A stretch of DNA of 14,643 bases from Myxococcota bacterium (GTDB lineage: Bacteria > Myxococcota_A > Polyangia > Polyangiales > Sandaracinaceae). Shown here in pieces: positions 10,567-14,643 of the stretch; the first letter of the stretch is position 1; each line of letters opens with the position of its first letter. The stretch covers positions 1 through 14,643 of the forward strand of contig JAYZQJ010000171.1 of assembly GCA_036149055.1 (NCBI GenBank), in the 5' to 3' direction. Below the pieces are notes generated by a model. That model was not told where the DNA came from. It did not search any database and saw only the letters and a list, made by a program, of their open reading frames with translations. A program made the position numbers and the translations under genes.

Positions 10567-11621
10567 GCGGCCCGCCGACCCACCTCGCCTCCGCGCCCCT
10601 CGCGCTCCTGTCGCCCTACCGGACCAAGCCGGACCCCGCGCCGGTGAAGCTCGACGCCAACGAGAGCCCCTGGGCGCTCCCGGACGCGGCCCGCCGACGC
10701 CTCGCCGAGGTGCTCGCCGAGGTGCCGCTCCACCGCTACCCGGATCTGCTCGCGCGCGACCTCAAGGCGGCCCTCGCGGAGCGCCTCGGCGCGAAGACCG
10801 AGCAGCTCGTGCTCGGCGTCGGCTCGGACGAGGTCATCGGCGTGCTCATGAGCGCCTTCGGGCGCGCGCCCGGCCGGGTGCTCTACCCCGCGCCGAGCTT
10901 CGTGATGTACCCGATCACCGCGCGGGTGAGCGGGCTCGAGCCGGTCGAGGTCCCGCTCGCGGACGACTGGTCGCTCGACGTCGACGCGATGAAGGTGGCG
11001 ATCGCCGAGGCGCGCCCGAACCTGATCTTCCTGGCCACGCCCAACAACCCCACCGGGAACCGCTTCGCCCCGGACGCGCTCGAGGCCGTCGTCCGGGCGG
11101 CGCCGGAGAGCCTGGTCGTGATCGACGAGGCCTACGTGGCGTTCGCCGGCGAGAGCCTGGGCCCGTGGGTCGAGCGCTACCCGAACGTCGGCGTGATGGG
11201 CACGCTCTCCAAGGTGGGGCTCGCGGGGCTCCGGGTGGGCTGGATCCGGATGCACCCCGCCCTGGTCGACGAGGCGGAGAAGGCTCGCCCGCCCTACAAC
11301 CTCAACGCCTACGCGCAGGTCGCGGCGACCACCCTGCTGCGAGAGATGCCCGACGCGCTCGACGCGCAGGTGGCGCGCATCGTCGCCGAGCGAGACCGGC
11401 TCCAGGGCGCGCTCGAGGGGCGCGGGGTCGCCGTGTCTCCGAGCGAGGCGAACTTCGTGCTCGCGCGGGTCGACGACGCGGCCGCCGTGCACGCGCACCT
11501 GCTCGCGAACGGGGTGCAGGTGCGCCGCTTCGCCGGGGACCCGCGGCTCGCCCACCACCTCCGGATCACGGTCGGCACGCCCGCCGAGACCGACGCGCTG
11601 CTCGCCGCCTGGCCCACCTGA
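10563..11621 (+). CDS. hisC: Histidinol-phosphate aminotransferase (PLP-dependent class I/II), 352 aa
   Basis: Start at ATG 10563. Motifs KLDANESP, HRYPD, GVGSDEVI, PSFVMY, PNNPTG, IDEAY, PLP-lysine TLSKVGLAGLRVG, SEANFVL, LRITVGT. Confidence 0.88.
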   Translation: MSGPPTHLASAPLALLSPYRTKPDPAPVKLDANESPWALPDAARRRLAEVLAEVPLHRYPDLLARDLKAALAERLGAKTEQLVLGVGSDEVIGVLMSAFGRAPGRVLYPAPSFVMYPITARVSGLEPVEVPLADDWSLDVDAMKVAIAEARPNLIFLATPNNPTGNRFAPDALEAVVRAAPESLVVIDEAYVAFAGESLGPWVERYPNVGVMGTLSKVGLAGLRVGWIRMHPALVDEAEKARPPYNLNAYAQVAATTLLREMPDALDAQVARIVAERDRLQGALEGRGVAVSPSEANFVLARVDDAAAVHAHLLANGVQVRRFAGDPRLAHHLRITVGTPAETDALLAAWPT

Positions 11622-11660
11622 AGCTTTGAGATGAGGGAGCGGTCGGCGATACTCGGCCGC

Positions 11661-12332
11661 ATGACTTCCTTCGCGCGCAGTCGGCTGCCGCTCGCCCTCG
11701 TGAGCGCGCTGCTCGCCGGCGGATGCGCCCAGAACGCCATCCTGGAGCTCCAGATCGAGCTGCCGCCGGCGCCGGCCGGGTCCTCCGCCCGCTTCGCCTA
11801 CGTGCAGGTGGCCTCGCCGAACAGCGGCTTCGACTTCGGGGTCGACTGGGGCGACGAGGGCTTCACCGTGCCGCTCACCGACAGCAGCCAGTGGACCTGC
11901 GTCAGCGTCGTGGGCGCGAGCCCCGAGGTCGACGTGAACGCCCGGGTGCGATTCTGCCAGGAGGAGCGCTGCCTCGACGTCGCCGACGGCAACGCGCCCG
12001 AGAGCCGGATCTTCGTGCAGGATCCCCTCTACATCGGCCGCCGGACCTTCGTGCGGCGGCGCATCCTCCGGGTGCCCGAGTGCGTCGAGGACGCGGACTG
12101 CGGCGGCTTCGGGCGGTGCACGAGCGGACGCTGCGGCTGCAGCGGCGACGCCGACTGCACGGCGGAGGACGCGGTGTGCCTCGCGGGCGGCTGCGTCGAC
12201 CGCGTCGGCCGCTGCGACGTCGAGGGCTGCATCACCGGCGCCACCGACAACTTCTGCGCCGACGACGGGAGCCACTTCTGCGAGCGCCTCGACGCCGAGC
12301 CCCTCTCCTACGAATGCGAGCTGAGCGAATGA
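11661..12332 (+). CDS. Cys-rich putative lipoprotein, 223 aa (alternative start 11631)
   Basis: MTSFARSRLPLALVSALLAGG-C signal peptide with lipobox. 17 Cys, including two C-x2-DADC-x5/6-C-x4-C units. Confidence 0.78.
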   Translation: MTSFARSRLPLALVSALLAGGCAQNAILELQIELPPAPAGSSARFAYVQVASPNSGFDFGVDWGDEGFTVPLTDSSQWTCVSVVGASPEVDVNARVRFCQEERCLDVADGNAPESRIFVQDPLYIGRRTFVRRRILRVPECVEDADCGGFGRCTSGRCGCSGDADCTAEDAVCLAGGCVDRVGRCDVEGCITGATDNFCADDGSHFCERLDAEPLSYECELSE

Positions 12333-13054
12333 GGGCCGCCCTCGCCATCGTCACCCTGCTGCTCCTCGCGCCCGCGGTCGCCGGCGCCCAGGAGAGCCGC
12401 TGCGGGGAGCTCTCGGCCACCCAGATGGAGGAGGCGCGGGCGCTGTTCATCGCCGGATCGGCCGCGGTGGAGGCGGGCCGGTGGGCGGACGCGATCGACA
12501 GCTACGAGCGCGCCTACGCGCTCTCCTGCGCGCCGTCCGCGCTCTACAACCTCGCGATGGCGTTCCGGGCCCTCGGCCGTCACCGCGACGCGCGCGACGC
12601 GTTCGATCGGCTGATGACCCTGCACCCCGACCTCAACCCCGACCTGCGCACCAACGCGCAGCAGTTCCGGCGCGAGGAGGCGAGCCGGGTCGCGGTGCTC
12701 GAGCTGATCGACATCGATCCGGACGTCCGACCGGAGATCTCCTTCGACGGCCGCGCCATCCCGGACGAGGGCCAGCGCCCGGTGCTCGTCGAGACCGACG
12801 CCGGCTCCCACTCCCTGGTCGCCCGCCTCGAGGCCCACCAGCCGTTCGTGTGGGAGGGCACCCTGGCCGACGGTCAGCGGGAGACCGTGCAGGTGATCTT
12901 CCGGCCCATCCCCACCGGCGACGACACGGTGGCCATCGTGCTCCTGGCGGTCGGCGCGGCGGCGCTGATCGGCGGCGGCATCGCGCTCGGGGTGGTGCTC
13001 CAGGACGAGGCCCAGCTGCGCCCCCTCAGCCCGCTCACCGTCGAGCTGGATTGA
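12329..13054 (+). CDS. Exported TPR protein with PEGA-like beta domain and C-terminal hydrophobic segment, 241 aa
   Basis: ATG 12329 overlaps the upstream stop (ATGA). Signal peptide ending AVAGA-QE, TPR-like helices (AGRWADAIDSYERAYAL; ALYNLAMAFRALGRHRDARDAFDRL), beta-rich DAGSHSLVARLE segment, then IVLLAVGAAALIGGGIALGVVL. Confidence 0.8.
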   Translation: MRAALAIVTLLLLAPAVAGAQESRCGELSATQMEEARALFIAGSAAVEAGRWADAIDSYERAYALSCAPSALYNLAMAFRALGRHRDARDAFDRLMTLHPDLNPDLRTNAQQFRREEASRVAVLELIDIDPDVRPEISFDGRAIPDEGQRPVLVETDAGSHSLVARLEAHQPFVWEGTLADGQRETVQVIFRPIPTGDDTVAIVLLAVGAAALIGGGIALGVVLQDEAQLRPLSPLTVELD

Positions 13055-13142
13055 GCCACAGCGCGCCTCCAGCGAGCTGAAAATTCGCGCAGGGGTGTTT
13101 CCCGTTCGCCACGCCGGAACGTGGCAACCGGGTCGCGGGTGC

Positions 13143-13151
13143 TGCTATGCT
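13143..13151 (+). promoter_or_regulatory. Candidate extended -10 element (TG-n-TATGCT) 7 nt upstream of the kinase ATG
   Basis: TGcTATGCT at 13143-13151, then gtccgag, then ATG at 13159. No Shine-Dalgarno sequence. Confidence 0.5.
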
Positions 13152-13158
13152 GTCCGAG

Positions 13159-14643
13159 ATGGGGCACGCCCGTCCATCGACGGCGCCCGCCATTTACGGC
13201 CGCTACGAGACGCTCTTCCGCATCGCCGCCGGCGGTATGGCGGAGGTGTATGCGGCGCGGCAGCGCGGGGAGGCCGGCTTCCAGAAGCTGGTGGCGCTCA
13301 AGCGCATGCTGCCCCACCTGACCGACGACGAGCGGTTCGTGAACATGTTCATGGACGAGGGTCGCCTCGCCGCGAACATCGACAGCCCGAACGTGGTCAG
13401 CACGATGGACCTGGGCCGGGCCGACGACGGCTCCCTCTACCTCGTGATGGAGCTGGTGGTGGGCGCGACGCTCAGCTCGCTCCTCCGCAACGCGGCCAAG
13501 GACGGCGACTCGGTCCCGATCGACGTGGCCGTCGAGATGCTCGCGCAGGCGGCCCAGGGCCTGCACGACGCCCACGAGGCGCGCACCCCGTTCGGCGCCC
13601 CGCTCCAGCTGGTGCACCGCGACGTCTCGCCGCAGAACATCCTGGTCGGCGTCGACGGCCGGGTGCGGATCACCGACTTCGGCGTCGCCCGGGCCGTGCT
13701 CCGGCGCACCAAGACGAGCACCGGCGAGTTCAAGGGCAAGCTCAGCTACTTCTCGCCCGAGCAGTGCGCGGACAAGGATCTCGACCGCCGGAGCGACGTC
13801 TTCTCGCTCGGCGTCGTGGCCTGGGAGACCCTGACCACCCGGCGCTTGTTCCACGCGGAGAACCCGCTGGCGGTGCTCGAGCGGGTCACGCGCATGCCCA
13901 TCCCGTCGGCCCACTCGGTCCGGCCGGAGGTGCCGGCGTCGGTGGCCGCGGTCGTCCAGACGGCGCTCGAGCGGGACCGGGACGAGCGCTTCTCCACCGC
14001 GGCCGAGTTCGCGTCGGCGCTCCGCGCCGCGGCGCGCGAGGCCTCGGGCATCGCCGACCGCAAGCGGGTGGGCGAGCTCTGCCAGCAGTACGGCGGCGAC
14101 GGCCTCGAGCGGGTCCAGGAGCAGCTCAAGATCAGCCTGAGCAGCCCCGGCCTCCCGACCATCGACGACTTCGAGGCCGAGAAGACCGAGATCTCCAGCG
14201 GCATCGTGATGCGCCCCGAGGACGAGGGCCCGATGCCGGCCACCCCGCGCGCGCCGACCGCGGCCCAGCCCGCCCCGAGCCGCGCGCCCCTCGTGATCGC
14301 CAGCCTCGTCGCGGTCCTCGGGCTCGGCGTGGGCCTGACCGTGGGCGTGCTCGCGATGCAGGCCGACGCCCCCGAGTCGGCGGCGGAGCGCGTCGAGGTC
14401 GAGGCGGCCGCCCAGGTCGCGCCGACCGCCCTCCCCCCGGCCACCGACGAGGCGCCCGAGGGCGCGGAAGACGAGGAGGCGGCGGTCGAGGAGGAGCCCC
14501 CGTCGGCGGAAGATGACGCCGCCGAGGCCGCCGATCGCCCGCGTCGCCCGCGAACCGGCCGAGGCCGCGTGCGCCGCCCCACGCCTCGCGTCCAGGAGCC
14601 CGCCCCGGTCGAGCCCCCGCCCGCCGCCGAGAGCGCCCCGGCG
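13159..14643 (+). CDS. Membrane-anchored Hanks-type Ser/Thr protein kinase, 3'-truncated by the window (>=495 aa)
   Basis: My own translation from ATG 13159 (absent from the ORF track because there is no stop in the window): GRYETLFRIAAGGMAEVY, VALKRM, FMDEGR, HRDVSPQNIL, ITDFGVA, KGKLSYFSPEQ, DRRSDVFSLG. A TM segment LVIASLVAVLGLGVGLTVGVLAM is followed by an acidic/Pro/Arg-rich region. Confidence 0.95.
   Translation, partial: MGHARPSTAPAIYGRYETLFRIAAGGMAEVYAARQRGEAGFQKLVALKRMLPHLTDDERFVNMFMDEGRLAANIDSPNVVSTMDLGRADDGSLYLVMELVVGATLSSLLRNAAKDGDSVPIDVAVEMLAQAAQGLHDAHEARTPFGAPLQLVHRDVSPQNILVGVDGRVRITDFGVARAVLRRTKTSTGEFKGKLSYFSPEQCADKDLDRRSDVFSLGVVAWETLTTRRLFHAENPLAVLERVTRMPIPSAHSVRPEVPASVAAVVQTALERDRDERFSTAAEFASALRAAAREASGIADRKRVGELCQQYGGDGLERVQEQLKISLSSPGLPTIDDFEAEKTEISSGIVMRPEDEGPMPATPRAPTAAQPAPSRAPLVIASLVAVLGLGVGLTVGVLAMQADAPESAAERVEVEAAAQVAPTALPPATDEAPEGAEDEEAAVEEEPPSAEDDAAEAADRPRRPRTGRGRVRRPTPRVQEPAPVEPPPAAESAPA

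Noticed and set aside
13095..14516. 473-aa plus-strand ORF in the track
   Set aside because: An off-frame Arg/Gly-rich shadow. The real gene is the kinase in the frame starting at 13159.

Overview
High-GC bacterial chromosomal window, most consistent with Myxococcota (inferred from a HRDVSPQN-type Ser/Thr kinase, a Cys-rich lipoprotein and a TPR/PEGA-like membrane protein). It is almost fully coding and mostly housekeeping. In order: a degenerate ~110-122 bp tandem repeat at the left edge, a KamA-family radical SAM aminomutase, sdhCAB, a convergent minus-strand pair (DedA protein, SAM methyltransferase), a divergent S66 LD-carboxypeptidase, then pckA, a SirB1-like protein, a lipoprotein, hisC, a Cys-rich lipoprotein, a TPR membrane protein and a membrane Ser/Thr kinase. 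The kinase runs off the right edge and is missing from the ORF track. I found no mobile element, CRISPR array, tRNA or rRNA. Nothing here is demonstrably a new system. The best leads are the structured, G4-capable repeat, the lipoprotein-TPR-kinase envelope module, the near-zero-gap dedA/ldcA divergent junction and several apparent leaderless promoters.
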